Assembly: GCA_002269645.1 (NCBI GenBank)
Contig: NIVC01000080.1
Coordinates: 248,001-312,000, forward strand
Direction: 5' to 3'
Source of the DNA: Macrostomum lignano
Lineage: Eukaryota
Length of the DNA stretch: 64,000 nt
Position numbers and translations under genes: made by a program. Positions 24,041 to 36,758 of this stretch are shown piece by piece (position 1 is the first letter of the stretch; the number at the start of each line of letters is the position of its first letter). The notes under the pieces were generated by a model. It did not search any database. It saw only the letters and a program-made list of their open reading frames with translations, and had not been told where the DNA came from.

Positions 24041-26525
24041 AGGCTTCTATGATTTTTTCATTACGCTTCTATGATTTTTACATGACACTTCTATGATTTT
24101 TTACATGACGCTTCTATGATTGTTTACATGACGCTTCTATGATTGTTTACATGACGCTTCTATGATTTTTTCATTACGCTTCTATGATTTTTTCTTGACA
24201 CTTTCATGATTTTTTACATGAAGCTTCTATGATTGTTTACATGACGCTTCTATGCTTTTTACATGACGCTTCTATGATTTTTTACATGACGCTTCTATGA
24301 TTGTTTACATGACGCTTCTATGATTGTTTACATGACGCTTCTATGATTGTTTACATGACACTTCTATGATTGTTTCTATGGCGCTTCTATGCTTTTTACA
24401 TGACGCTTCTATGATTTTTTACATGACGCTTCTATGATTTTTTACATGACGCTTCTATGATTGTTTACATGACGCTTCTATGATTGTTTCTATGGCGCTT
24501 CTATGCTTTTCACATGACGCTTCTATGATTGTTTCTATGGCGCTTCTATGCTTTTTACATGACGCTTCTATGATTTTTTACATGATGCTTCTATGATTGT
24601 TTACATGACGCTTCTATGATTGTTTACATGACGCTTCTATGATTGTTTCTATGGCGCTTCTATGCTTTTTACATGACGCTTCTATGATTTTTTACATGAC
24701 GCTTCTATGCTTTTTACATGACGCTTCTATGATTATTCACATGACGCTTCTATGATGTTTATATGACGCTTCTATGATTTTTACATGACGCTTCTATGAT
24801 TATTTACATGACGCTTCTATGATATTTATATGGCGCTTCTATGCTTTTTACATGACGCTTTTATGATTGTTTACATGACGCTTCTATGATTTTTTAAAAA
24901 TGATGCTTCTATGATTATTTACATGACGCTTCTATGATTGTTTACATGACGCTTCTATGATTGTTTACATGACGCTTCTATGATTTTTTCATGACGCTTC
25001 TATGATTTTTTCTTGACACTTTCATGATTTTTTACATGACGCTTTTATGATTGTTTACATGACGCTTCTATGATTGTTTACATGACGCTTCTATGATTGT
25101 TTACATGACGCTTCTATGATTGTTTCTATGGCGCTTCTATGCTTTTTACATGACGCTTCTATGATTTTTACATGACACTTCTATGATTTTTTACATGACG
25201 CTTCTATGATTGTTTACATGACGCTTCTATGATTGTTTACATGACGCTTCTATGATTTTTTCATTACGCTTCTATGATTTTTTCTTGACACTTTCATGAT
25301 TTTTTACATGAAGCTTCTATGATTGTTTACATGACGCTTCTATGCTTTTTACATGACGCTTCTATGATTTTTTACATGACGCTTCTATGATTGTTTACAT
25401 GACGCTTCTATGATTGTTTACATGACGCTTCTATGATTGTTTACATGACACTTCTATGATTGTTTCTATGGCGCTTCTATGCTTTTTACATGACGCTTCT
25501 ATGATTTTTTACATGACGCTTCTATGATTTTTTACATGACGCTTCTATGATTGTTTACATGACGCTTCTATGATTGTTTCTATGGCGCTTCTATGCTTTT
25601 CACATGACGCTTCTATGATTGTTTCTATGGCGCTTCTATGCTTTTTACATGACGCTTCTATGATTTTTTACATGATGCTTCTATGATTGTTTACATGACG
25701 CTTCTATGATTGTTTACATGACGCTTCTATGATTGTTTCTATGGCGCTTCTATGCTTTTTACATGACGCTTCTATGATTTTTTACATGACGCTTCTATGC
25801 TTTTTACATGACGCTTCTATGATTATTCACATGACGCTTCTATGATGTTTATATGACGCTTCTATGATTTTTACATGACGCTTCTATGATTATTTACATG
25901 ACGCTTCTATGATATTTATATGGCGCTTCTATGCTTTTTACATGACGCTTTTATGATTGTTTACATGACGCTTCTATGATTTTTTAAAAATGATGCTTCT
26001 ATGATTATTTACATGACGCTTCTATGATTGTTTACATGACGCTTCTATGATTGTTTACATGACGCTTCTATGATTTTTTCATGACGCTTCTATGATTTTT
26101 TCTTGACACTTTCATGATTGTTTACATGACGCTTTTATGATTGTTTACATGACGCTTCTATGATTGTTTACATGACGCTTCTATGATTGTTTACATGACG
26201 CTTCTATGATTGTTTCTATGGCGCTTCTATGCTTTTTACATGACGCTTCTATGATTATTTACATGACGCTTCTATGATTGTTTACATGACGCTTCTATGA
26301 TTGTCTACATGACGCTTCTATGATTGTTTACATGACGCTTCTATGATTGTTTACATGACGCTTCTATGATTGTTTACATGACGCTTCTATGATTGTTTAT
26401 ATGACGCTTCTATGATTGTTTACATGACGCTTCTATGATTGTTTACATGACGCTTCTATGATTTTTTAAAAATGACGCTTCTATGATTGTTTACATGACG
26501 CTTCTATGATTTTTACAGGACGCTT
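24040..26525. repeat. About 23-bp satellite with a 1,090-bp higher-order duplication
   Basis: Unit ACATGACGCTTCTATGATTGTTT. Diagnostic variants recur exactly 1,090 bp apart: TCATTACGCT at 24171/25261 and TTTTTAAAAATGATG at 24891/25981. Confidence 0.96.
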
Positions 26526-27596
26526 CTTTTTAAAAAGTCTTTTAGTTTTCCTGACGTTGAAAAGCTTTAATTAAAAAAATTATACTCTATGAAAATTCGA
26601 ACCATCGTCGCTGCATTTAGCAGTTCAGTTTGTTCACCTCTAGGCTAGCTCTCATCGTTTTGATAACATCAAATTTTGCACTTATATAATTCAACACTTT
26701 AAAATCCAAGCATAGAGTAAATCACACGAAGCAGTTATGACATAATCAGTTTCTCAGTCAGTCAGTATCAGTTAACAATATGGTTACGCAATTTAAATCA
26801 AGTCTGGTGCTACGCTTCCACACTGCATTTTCAATTCAAGTCGGAGTTACAATTCAGTGATGATGCAATCTATTTCAGAATCAGAATTCAACCAGTCAGT
26901 TTTTTCTCTAGCATTCTTACAATGCATTTCAAGTCGAAAGAGCTGCTTGACCTTTGCAAAAAAGCATGTTTTTCGAATATTTAATGCCTTTAGCATCGAG
27001 CAATTTCATAGCCACGAGGCATGTACAGTCACGGGAAAATTTTTGATCGAACAGTGCAAGTTCGAACAAAATCGGTCTAGCCATTTTTTTTCTAATCGAT
27101 CACATAGATAGATAGACACAGACAGACCATTTTTAGTATATAGGATTAACATGCCAATGAACTATGAAAGGCTAATGCAAAGAAAATTCTGGCATATAGG
27201 CCTAAGACATCTTGACTACAGACAAAATAAAAAAATCTTGGCAATTGTTATTATTATGGGAACCATATAATATAATAGCAAAATAGTTATTTTTACAATG
27301 AATATATAAAACGGATATGCTTTTATAAGATTGTAACTGTATAAATAGCAAAGCTGTTATTTTTATGGTCACTATATATAAGAAGCAGAATGGTTATTTT
27401 TATTGTCATATGAAGAAATTTCGGGTACATTAATAGTTAACAATTATGTTAAGCAAGCTTAGCTAATGTTAATGATAAGAACTACTATAAATTACCATTG
27501 TATTAACATAATCAAAGCATATAATTCTTCTAAAATTAAAAAACCAATTGAAATTTGCACTATATATTAATTACTAAATCTAGATTATATTTATTT

Positions 27597-28140
27597 TAGA
27601 AGTGCTTATCCCCACAGTCCTGTGCTGATAATTCCAATTTTATTCACATGGATCCATGTTGATAATTTCTAGCTTAATTTCCATGGTAGTTTATTGAAAT
27701 AGAGAACCTTAAAATGAATCTGTTCAAAACTATTTGTTTTCTTTGTTTCACAAATCTTCCAAGTAAATTACTGAATAATGAATAGTATTGAATACTTTGT
27801 TAAAACTTTTTTGTTGTTAAAAAAGATTAATTTTAAATATTCGCTTAGTTGCCACCTGACACATTTGCTTAGAATGACCAAATGAACCCTAAGATTGAGG
27901 CAAATGAGACTTGCAAAATTCAAAATTTGCAATGTAATAATAATGAGTAATAATAATGTCAGTATTATGGATCCTTATGTCAATATCCTCATGTCAATAT
28001 CAATTTAATATCAATACACAAAAATAAATACAAATAACTGCACAATCTTAGCTGTGGGGATAAGCTAAAAATTATTGACACGGATCCATGTGGATAAAAT
28101 TGGAATTATTGACATAGGACCATGGGGATAAGCACTTCCA
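27597..28140. mobile_element. MITE with about 80-bp imperfect TIRs
   Basis: TAGAAGTGCTTATCCCCAC...CATGGATCC at the left end matches the reverse complement of about 28055-28140. TTT flanks both ends. No ORF. Confidence 0.7.
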
Positions 28141-29703
28141 TTTGTTTATGTATTGACTATAAAAAATTGTTTCACTATTTATTTATACAGTCATTATTAC
28201 AATAATAACTGCCAAAAATCTTACTAGAGTTTCTAACTTGACTTAGATTATGTTAATCTTAGTTCCTATATTAATTTCTATTTCAAAGACATTGGCTTCA
28301 ATAGGCCTAGCAGATTTAGAGGGGGGGGGGCAGAAAAGGCATGCAAATACACAATTCTTTGAGTTTGCTTTCTAGTATTTTATATAAAAAATAATAAAAT
28401 GCAAAGATATCTTAGTAATTTGCACCCCTATTTAAAATGTTCTAGATCTGCACTCAATAGTGATACTGTGATACTGTCCACTGATAGGCCTAGGCCAATT
28501 TTTTTCTAACCAGCTTAGCAGACTACTAGCAGGCCTAGACAAAAACTTTTTAAACTAAAGAATTTATATACACTTCCACTCAGCCTATGTCCAAGTCAGA
28601 CCTAAATTTTAAAGACAGAATTTACATGCTATAAATAAAGATATCTAGGCAAAGCCAAAGGCCAGTGGGCAGTGGCCAGACAGAGCATCAGCGTGGCCAT
28701 GAGCTCGCTTAACTTAAGCCAAGGTAGTAGCCTCGGTAGGTAGTATTGGAAATGAATTTAAGAATTGTGTTCAATCAAAACAAACAAGCAACAATATGAA
28801 CAAAAAGCAATTATTTAACTTTACAGACATACAGCAAAGCAAAATGTCAGACCACCCATAAAACTGCAGATCGGGAAATTGATGAAAAGTATGAGAATGA
28901 CAGACAAAACAATTTGAAAGTTTAATTGTTTTAACAAAACTTCGCGTCAGAAAAAGTACTTGTCTTTTAAAACGTAGTATAAAGTATCTTCAAAAAATGT
29001 ATTATTTTGCTTTTTATATATTCCGTACACATTAAAATTTAAGCAAACCCCTAGAGCTCGTATTATTGAGTAACTGTAGCGTATCTTCCCCTTTTTGGAA
29101 GCATTTTAATTTGTTAGGCATTAAATTTAACAAAGATCGAGACCTGGTTTTTTCCCTCGAAATTTTAAGCCTCATATTTTCAAAGGAGTTTACTCTCCCC
29201 TGTTCCAAAAGTCCTAGTTACGCTACAAATTGAATTTTATTTCGATGTGATGTTTTTTCTATTGTAGGCTTACATTACGTAATGGTAAAACCTAGTTTCT
29301 GACTGCAGTCCAGTAGATCTTGTTTTACGAAAAATGATACCATCGGTTGGGTACTTGATTCGACTTGATTAAGTCATATTACACATTATTATACAAGATT
29401 ACACGTAGTAGGAACTAAAGTAGGAACTAAAGTGCTTTAGTAGGAACTAAACCACGTTCTTTTTAGTTCCTACATGTAAACCTTGGAATCTTTGATAGTG
29501 CGAGACAATACATGTACATGCAGCTTATATCCTGAATAGTTGATGCTGAACCACAACCAGTAAGTAATATACGTATGTCTGATAGCAAGTAAGAATGCAA
29601 ACGAGAAACGAAACTATAATTTCGAAATTACTTTTCGAAGACAATCCCGGTTTTAATAAGATCATTCTTCAACACCTTGGAGGAAAATACGTGGTCTATA
29701 ATA

Positions 29704-30314
29704 TACTTTTTTGCGATTGAATTCGTCCAAACTGCAAAACCTTTCGTCCACAAATGCTTTCTTAATGGGAGCTAAATTTAGATTATACCATAGATAACTG
29801 TTTTCACGCAAAACGGTTCATCCAGTTTGTAAAACACTTTTACATGTTTTTACATGACCGAGTGTACTGTTCCTACCATAGTTAACACCCAATTGACAGT
29901 TCGCTTTTGCTACCACTACAGCTACAGCAACGCATATCTGCATGCCTGGCGGATGCACATTTTGATGAGAGAGGTCGAAGCTGCACTGCACGTGATTACA
30001 CAGAAGTGCCAGCAATGGACCAATCACACTGTGGGTTACTACGGCCGCTGTTTGGACTACGAAGACATTTTGAACTAACAGTCTAACAAGAGACTGTTTT
30101 TGCTTTGTTGAATATCTCGTGATATCAAATAAAGTCGCTCCGTTTAGCTGTTAGCTGTTTGGTCGAAGGGTTTAGATGAAATGTTTTACAAACTGGATGA
30201 ACCGTTTTGCGTGAACACAGTTGTCTATGGTATAATCTAAATTTAGCTCCCATTAAGAAAGCGTTAGTGGACGAAAGGTTTTGCAGTTTGGACGAATTCA
30301 ATCGCAAAAAAGTA
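29704..30314. mobile_element. Non-autonomous Tc1/mariner-type MITE with about 135-bp TIRs
   Basis: 29702-29838 and 30180-30316 are near-perfect inverted repeats (TACTTTTTTGCGATTGAATTCGTCCAAACTGC...). TA flanks both ends. Confidence 0.85.
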
Positions 30315-31354
30315 TAATCGCAGTTAGTATTTTTCTCGAATAAATCACCACTTTAGCCTAACGCCAGGGTGCCATATCAGATACGAGTATGTGATCTCCC
30401 TCATTAAAGAAATTCACTATCAGAAATACAATACAAAAATTAAAACAAAAAATTGGACAACTGATTAGGGGCCGAAAACGGCTATTATGGTTAGCAAGTC
30501 TTGTATAATTAAATATATGCAGGTTATATTAGAACATTAATTAACGGAAGTCTGCCGAGAGTAGACAGTCAAACAAATACGCCGAAAAATAACTTACAGA
30601 GCAGATTAAAAGATATACACAGAAAACAGTAAGAAAATTGCTGCTCACAACTGGTGTCATACGAAAAGACACAAGTGAACGCAAAATGCCAATATTTTTT
30701 ACTTCATGACACAGAGTCAATGACAGACTGCGCTCAAAGCATCATCATATTACTACAGTAGAGCGTAGAGTAAATTACATTTATTTTATTTAAACTTTCA
30801 CGCCGCTGATTATTAAATTTTAAACGCAAGACCAGAAAGTTGACATGATATGCAAGCAACAGCAGACTAACAAATATTAATAGGGAATACTAGCAAGGTA
30901 AATGCTTTTTGCTGATACTAAAAGTGAGTAAATGAAAATACTAGCATAAATTTCGACCCGAATAAAATACAAAATACAGGTTTTAAATAAGAGACCTATG
31001 ATTGCATTTCAAGTAGAAAAGAATGAATTTTGAGTTTATTTAAGAGTTATAGAAACGCTACTAAACTAGACATGTCAAACAACAGGAACAGTTTAATGGA
31101 TTTGCCAAAACGCAAATGCGATAGTTCAGTAAGTAGAGAAAATATGGATACAGGTAGCTGACTATACACGCGATAAGCATTACAAAAATAATATAAATAA
31201 TTTAGGTGATTAATACTTGAGTTGGCCAACAAAAACAGTGAAAATTGAGCTGCAAGTCAAGAGGATCCTGATAGCCAATACTGGCTTTCTTATCAAACTG
31301 TGAAAACCACCAGCCTTGTTACCAATTTGGCTCTTCGAACCAAAGGTGATTCCA

Positions 31355-31657
31355 CCTGTCCAAGGCAGATCAAAGAGACCTGTCAAAGGCAGATCAAAGA
31401 GACCTGTCAAAGGCAGATCAAAGAGACCTGTCAAAGGCAGATCAAAGAGACCTGTCAAAGGCAGATCAAAGAGACCTGTCAAAGGCAGATCAAAGAGACC
31501 TGTCAAAGGCAGATCAGAGAGACCTGTCAAAGGCAGATCAAAGAGACCTGTCAAAGGCAGATCAAAGAGACCTGTCAAAGGCAGATCAAAGAGACCTGTC
31601 AAAGGCAGATCAAAGAGACCTGTCCAAGACAGATCAGAGACCTATCAAATAGATCAG
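31355..31657. repeat. 24-bp minisatellite, about 12 copies
   Basis: Unit ACCTGTCAAAGGCAGATCAAAGAG, located 3' of the RFX ORF. It explains the 8-aa-periodic ORFs. Confidence 0.96.
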
Positions 31658-31781
31658 GTTGCATAAGAAATGGCTACACAATATTTCTTTATAAATGTAC
31701 AGGCATATTATTGCTGTCACTAATTTAAAAAAGCAAATTACGCCAAACAAACCAGGAGCACAGAAAAGAAACTCCGGGCAA

Positions 31782-34700
31782 TCACCGGAGAAGCAGCAAC
31801 TGCTGTCCCTGCTGCTGCGGTGAAGAAGACGAAGACACAGTGGACCGTCTAGCTGGACTATCGTCAACTCCGGCAGAGCCTCCAGAGGCGGCAGCAGCTG
31901 GCATTGGGGACCGGCGGTTGGGCAGCGGACGGGCCAGGCTGCTAGGCAGGGGACTGGTGCCGATCCTGGGCAGAGCCGGCAGGTACTGCTCAGGCGATAC
32001 GGGCGGAAACTGCGGACTAGGAGATCGGCGATCGAAAGCGGGCGGTAGCGAGATTGGCTCGGCTGTTCCCATGCCATAAGACTGAGAGGCCAATTGCTGG
32101 CTTTGCTGCTGCTGCTGCGACTGGGGCGGAGGCGGCGGCCCGGACGGATGGGGCGAAACGGCCGCAGGAGGGCCCCAATGCGGTGCTGGACTGCAGCCTC
32201 CGCGATGCGAAGACATTGGCGACATCAGCGGAATGCAATGCTGATCTGTTGAGCTCACCTCCTGAGAAATTTGGGTTTTCACGAAAAAATTAAACAAATG
32301 ACATGGCACGTTGCCGTTAAGTGTAGATTGGGTACGCCAGGAGACAAGCTGGGGCCACCAGAATAAATGGTATAAATCCGTGGAGTGCCCTTGTGGGGCT
32401 GGGTGTCCCAACTGCGATGCCCTTTATTATTTGCACGACTCCGTTAATCCCGCGGTCACATCGAAGCGCAGGTGCAAAACTACCCAGCAAGCGGAGCAGA
32501 AAACGAATCTAAACTGTGTGCCAACACTTGAAACTTGATTACACCCTCGTGATCCAGATGAGAGTCAGTCACCCAAGCGCTGAACACATCTCCTAGGCCC
32601 AGGGTTCCAAAATTCCAAGTGGGTCACATTGGCAGGCAGGCCCGATGAAAACGATAACTAGGCCAAGAAGCCTTCGAGTCTAGAGTAGTAACTTGTCGTC
32701 CCGGAGTCGTTGCATGTAGCACAGGTAAAATTTAACTCTGGGGCCGTAGAGTCGTAACTGATTCGCTGTAGAATCACTGAGTTGCGTCACTGAGCTTGTA
32801 CAAAGTTAAGCGCTAACACAACGACTCTTGGACGACCCTTTCGCGACTTTTACGATTCTGCAGCTCACGTGATGCGCTTGTGATTTAACAGTATCGCATT
32901 ACAGTCGTTTGAGTATTTAAAGAGTCACAAGAATCGCGCCCAGAGTTGTTTGCAATGACTCTTAGCGATAATTTTCACGGTTGCATTTTCAACGGGAGGG
33001 TGCCAATTTCTGGGGCTCATGCCTTTTAGGTGGTTCACTATCAATCTAGTGCGGCCCCCCTTCAGCTCAAGCGGCTTAAAAACGCGGTCATTTAATTGCA
33101 TGATTTGCATTAACATAAAATAACTAAAGCACACGGCCCACAGTAGTTTCGGTTTCAGTAATTCTCGTTGTCTGTGATCTTTCGTGTGTAAACTGAAAAC
33201 AACTAGACAGAGAGAAATCTGTGTAAGCGGAAAGATTTCGGGCAGGCAGATGAACTGAAGAGACATCAGAAATCTTTGTCAAAAATAAACAAAGTAAAAT
33301 ATGAATAAATAACTGACCTGTTCCAATAACTGGGCATTCAATGGAACACCCAGTGGTTGAAATCGGCGCTCGGAGCAGACCTTCTTGCCCGGGCTGGGGT
33401 TCAACGAGGTGCTGGACTTTTTAGATGCCGTAGTTGTTGATGACGGAGACGGCACGATATTGGAAACTGGAGCAGCCGATGTCGCAGAAGATGAAGAACC
33501 AACAGCTGAATGATGATGACTCGAACGGTGATGCTGCTGCTGCTGTGGATGATGGTATAGCATAGGCGGAGGAGGAGGCTGAGCCTGCTGCTGCTGATGC
33601 TGCGGTAGAGGACTGCGAAAATTCTTCTTAGTAATCTGATGAGGCAGCGGCATCAGATGCGGCCTAGATGGCGGCACTCCAGAGGCGGCAGATGATGAAG
33701 CTACTGAAGCTGGACTGGCAGCAAAGCCAATGCCGCTACTGTCCAGAGGGCCACCGCCAGACGAATTCAAGCTGTCCGGACTCCAGCAGGTTCCGGCCAG
33801 CGACATTGAGTGGCCAACACTGGCTCGTCCAGCAGCTGTTGCAGTTGTGGATGTTGATGCCATCGAAGTTCCAGTTCCTTCAACCTTGACGCTGTCGTTA
33901 GAGGTGGCAGCAGCGGCCGCAGCGGCAGCAGCCGCGGCAGCTCTCAGCCCAATCAGATGCGAAACAGACAAGCGCTGCTGACTGCGGGACTGCAGACTAG
34001 AGAACAGAGTCATTGCAGCAGGAGAGCGCGAGTTCACGTACATATTCGTGACCAGGTGTTCAGCCAATTGGCGCAAATTGTAAAACTGGCAGCCCATGAT
34101 TTTCTGCGCCCATTCCAGTATGATTTCGCTGTAGATTGAGTCTTCGCTTGAGCCACTGCCGCCTCCTCCACTGCCGCTAATCGCACCGGAGCTGCTGAGA
34201 TTGCCTGCATCATAAAAAGTATTAAGCAAGCAAAGTTAAATAATAGCCGTAGATCTAGCTTATCGTCAAAGTCCCTGCGTTCGATTCCCAACATAATAAA
34301 GCCCCATCCTAGAGAATTACCCTAGGGATTTTTTTCATTGAGTACAGTCCCAACCTGGACCACAGACAACTGCGACGATTATTCTTTCTAAGGCTTCAGA
34401 ACCGCAAATTAGCAAGTAGCAAACTACTCGTATACTTTTTGCCTATTGCATCTGAAGGCTGCGTACGGTTGTCAAGTCCAAGGACTAGGGAGGGGGGGTA
34501 GCCACATACACCGTTAATTACCCCAGCTAAAGCTGGCACCCATTTTACAGCTGGATGAACTGAAGTGTCACACTCGGGGACACAAATTGTTCCGAGTGGG
34601 TGGAGACTCGAACCCCCGACCTTTCAGTCGTGAGCCCGACCATGGACTTCTATACTTAGCATCTATAGAATGCTAAGTATAGAAGTCCATGGCCCGACGC

Positions 34701-36758
34701 TCTAACTACTAGGCTATAACCCCAGCAGAGTTCAAATTCACCATAGACTAAGAACTAAAATCACCATATTCAATATCACAATATTTAATTTCACAAACAT
34801 CAAGCTCCAAACCAGCAGTCAGGTATGCATTCACTGTCCTCTCTTAGACAGCCAGACAGAGCAGTCAGGACTGAATGCTATAAGCTTACCAGTATTAGAG
34901 GCAGCATTCGCATTGGCACAGTCCAGTTCAGCCAGTGTCAAATCCGGCATAATCGGATGCGGCAGGTCAGTTTTCTTGCGCAGACCTCCGTAGCAATATT
35001 TCGATTGACCACGCTGGCCTAAGCGGCGCGGTTTGACATTGGGGAAAGCGCGCTTCATTACTTTGCCAAAGTCGGCAGTGTTCAGAGCTTTCTGACCGTG
35101 GCTGTCGCAGTAGCACCTGTTATCAGTTCATAGGAGAGCATTTTGTCAGCAGTGAAAACGCACTTTAGAGCGAGCATCACGAATGCTAACAAGTGACCAA
35201 ATGATTGAGAAACTCACCGATAGTCACTATAAACCTCATCTTTGCGCAAGCATATACTAGCATCCTCTTCTAGATGCGACTGAATCCACGTGAAAGCCTG
35301 CGACTGCTCCAGCTGGTTGCTAAGCTGCAGGGCGCCTCCGCTGACTTGCACAGCCGCGGCATCGGCGTTATTTGCTGCAAAGCCATTCGGCAGTTGCAGG
35401 TACAGCAGCAGTCGCTCCAGATCGCTCATGCGCTCAACTATTGCCTGAACCTGGGGACGAATTGATTAATAATGCAATTAAACAGATTTAATCTCAACAG
35501 GGATCCAGACGAAATTGCACAATTGTCCAATAGCATGGCGCTAACGCCAGTTCACATCTAAAACCATTTTTTCGACAATGAGAAATTTCGACCTTGTGAG
35601 GTTTAGGGCCTAAAGTTATGAGCTTGTGAGGTTTAGAGCTTGAGGTTTAGAGCTTGCGACGAGGTTTTGAGCTTGTGAGGTTCGAGATTGAGTTTTTGAG
35701 CTTGTGAGGTTCGAGATTGAGGTTTTGAGCTTGTGAGGTTCGAGATTGAATTTTTGAGCTTGTGAGGTTCGAGATTGAGGTTTTGAGCTTGTGAGGTTCG
35801 AGATTGAGTTTTTGAGCTTGTGAGGTTCCAGATTGAGTTTTTGAGCTTATGAGGTTCCAGATTGAGGTTTTGAGCTTGTGAGGTTCCAGATTGAGTTTTT
35901 GAGCTTATGAGGTTCCAGATTGAGGTTTTGAGCTTGTGAGGTTCGAGATTGAGGTTTTGAGCTTGTGAGGTTCGAGATTGAATTTTTGAGCTTGTGAGGT
36001 TCGAGATTGAGGTTTCGAGCTTGATGAGGTTCGAGATTGAATTTTTGAGCTTGTGAGGTTCGAGATTGAGGTTTTGAGCTTGTGAGGTTCGAGATTGAAT
36101 TTTTGAGCTTGTGAGGTTCGAGATTGAGGTTTTGAGCTTATGAGGTTCCAGATTGAGTTTTTGAGCTTATGAGGTTCCAGATTGAGGTTTTGAGCTTATG
36201 AGGTTCCAGATTGAGGTTTTGAGCTTGTGAGGTTCGAGATTGAATTTTTGAGCTTGTGAGGTTCGAGATTGAGGTTTTGAGCTTGTGAGGTTCGAGATTG
36301 AATTTTTGAGCTTGTGAGGTTCGAGATTGAGGTTTTGAGCTTATGAGGTTCCAGATTGATGGGGTTTCGAGCTTGTGAGGTTCGAGATTGAGGTTTTGAG
36401 CTTATGAGGTTCCAGATTGATGAGGTTTCGAGCTTGTGAGGTTCGAGATTGAGGTTTTGAGCTTGTGAGGTTTGAGATTGAGGTTTTGAGCTTGATGAGG
36501 TTCGAGATTGGGGTTTTGAGCTTGTGAGGTTTCGAGCTTGCAAAAGCGAACAAATTTATAGAACAAAACATAATATATATTATTGACAGATCACAATCGA
36601 TGTACCTGAGAAATTCTAGACTTTCCATCGCTAGTGACTTCCGACTGCAAATCGTCAACCAGAGTGTCGAATATGCTGCCACAAGTCCCTCCGCCTCCGT
36701 CGCTGCTGACTCCGCCACTAACAGCTGGTGTGGCTTGGTCAGGTAACGAAGCGGACAT
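31782..36758 (-). CDS. RFX7: RFX5/RFX7-type winged-helix transcription factor, about 659 aa; exons 36758-36606, 35450-35218, 35116-34890, 34204-33318, 32261-31782
   Basis: N-terminal helix VQAIVERMSDLERLLLYLQLP. DNA-binding domain AFTWIQSHLEE...RKDEVYSDYRCYCD...TADFGKVMKRAFPNVKPRRLGQRGQSKYCYGGLRKK. Post-DBD motif IILEWAQKIMG...LAEHLV. All four match the RFX5/7 subgroup, and all introns are GT-AG and frame-compatible (1,980 nt). The 3' end is uncertain because a possible donor overlaps the stop at about 31785. The symbol marks the subgroup, not proven orthology. Confidence 0.88.
34378..34723 (-). mobile_element. tRNA-derived SINE in RFX intron 3, interrupted by a hairpin insertion
   Basis: Head GGGGTTATAGCCTAGTAGTTAGAGCGTCGGGC|TCACGACTGAAAGGTCGGGGGTTCGAGTCTCC contains A and B boxes. 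Body contains TTCATCCAGCTGTAAAATGGGTGCCAGC, resembling the Meta-domain core of invertebrate SINEs. Short AAT tail. No acceptor-stem pairing. Confidence 0.8.
34641..34691. mobile_element. 51-bp hairpin micro-MITE with 22-bp perfect TIRs and a 7-bp TSD
   Basis: CATGGACTTCTATACTTAGCAT-ctataga-ATGCTAAGTATAGAAGTCCATG, flanked by GCCCGAC at 34634-34640 and 34692-34698. Confidence 0.9.
35590..36541. repeat. 29-bp minisatellite filling most of RFX intron 1
   Basis: Unit TTTTGAGCTTGTGAGGTTCGAGATTGAGG, with period 29 (CTTGTGAGG at 35701 and 35730). Confidence 0.96.

Noticed and set aside
31210-31728. ORFs with 8-aa periodicity as a repeat protein or extra RFX exon
   Set aside because: They derive from the 24-bp minisatellite, and no acceptor supports inclusion.
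34600-34723. Functional or intron-containing tRNA gene
   Set aside because: No acceptor-stem complement, it continues into a SINE body and tail, and the insert has a TSD and TIRs rather than a tRNA-intron position and structure.
36196-36543. Ser/Lys/Pro-rich ORFs in RFX intron 1
   Set aside because: Translations of the 29-bp minisatellite.
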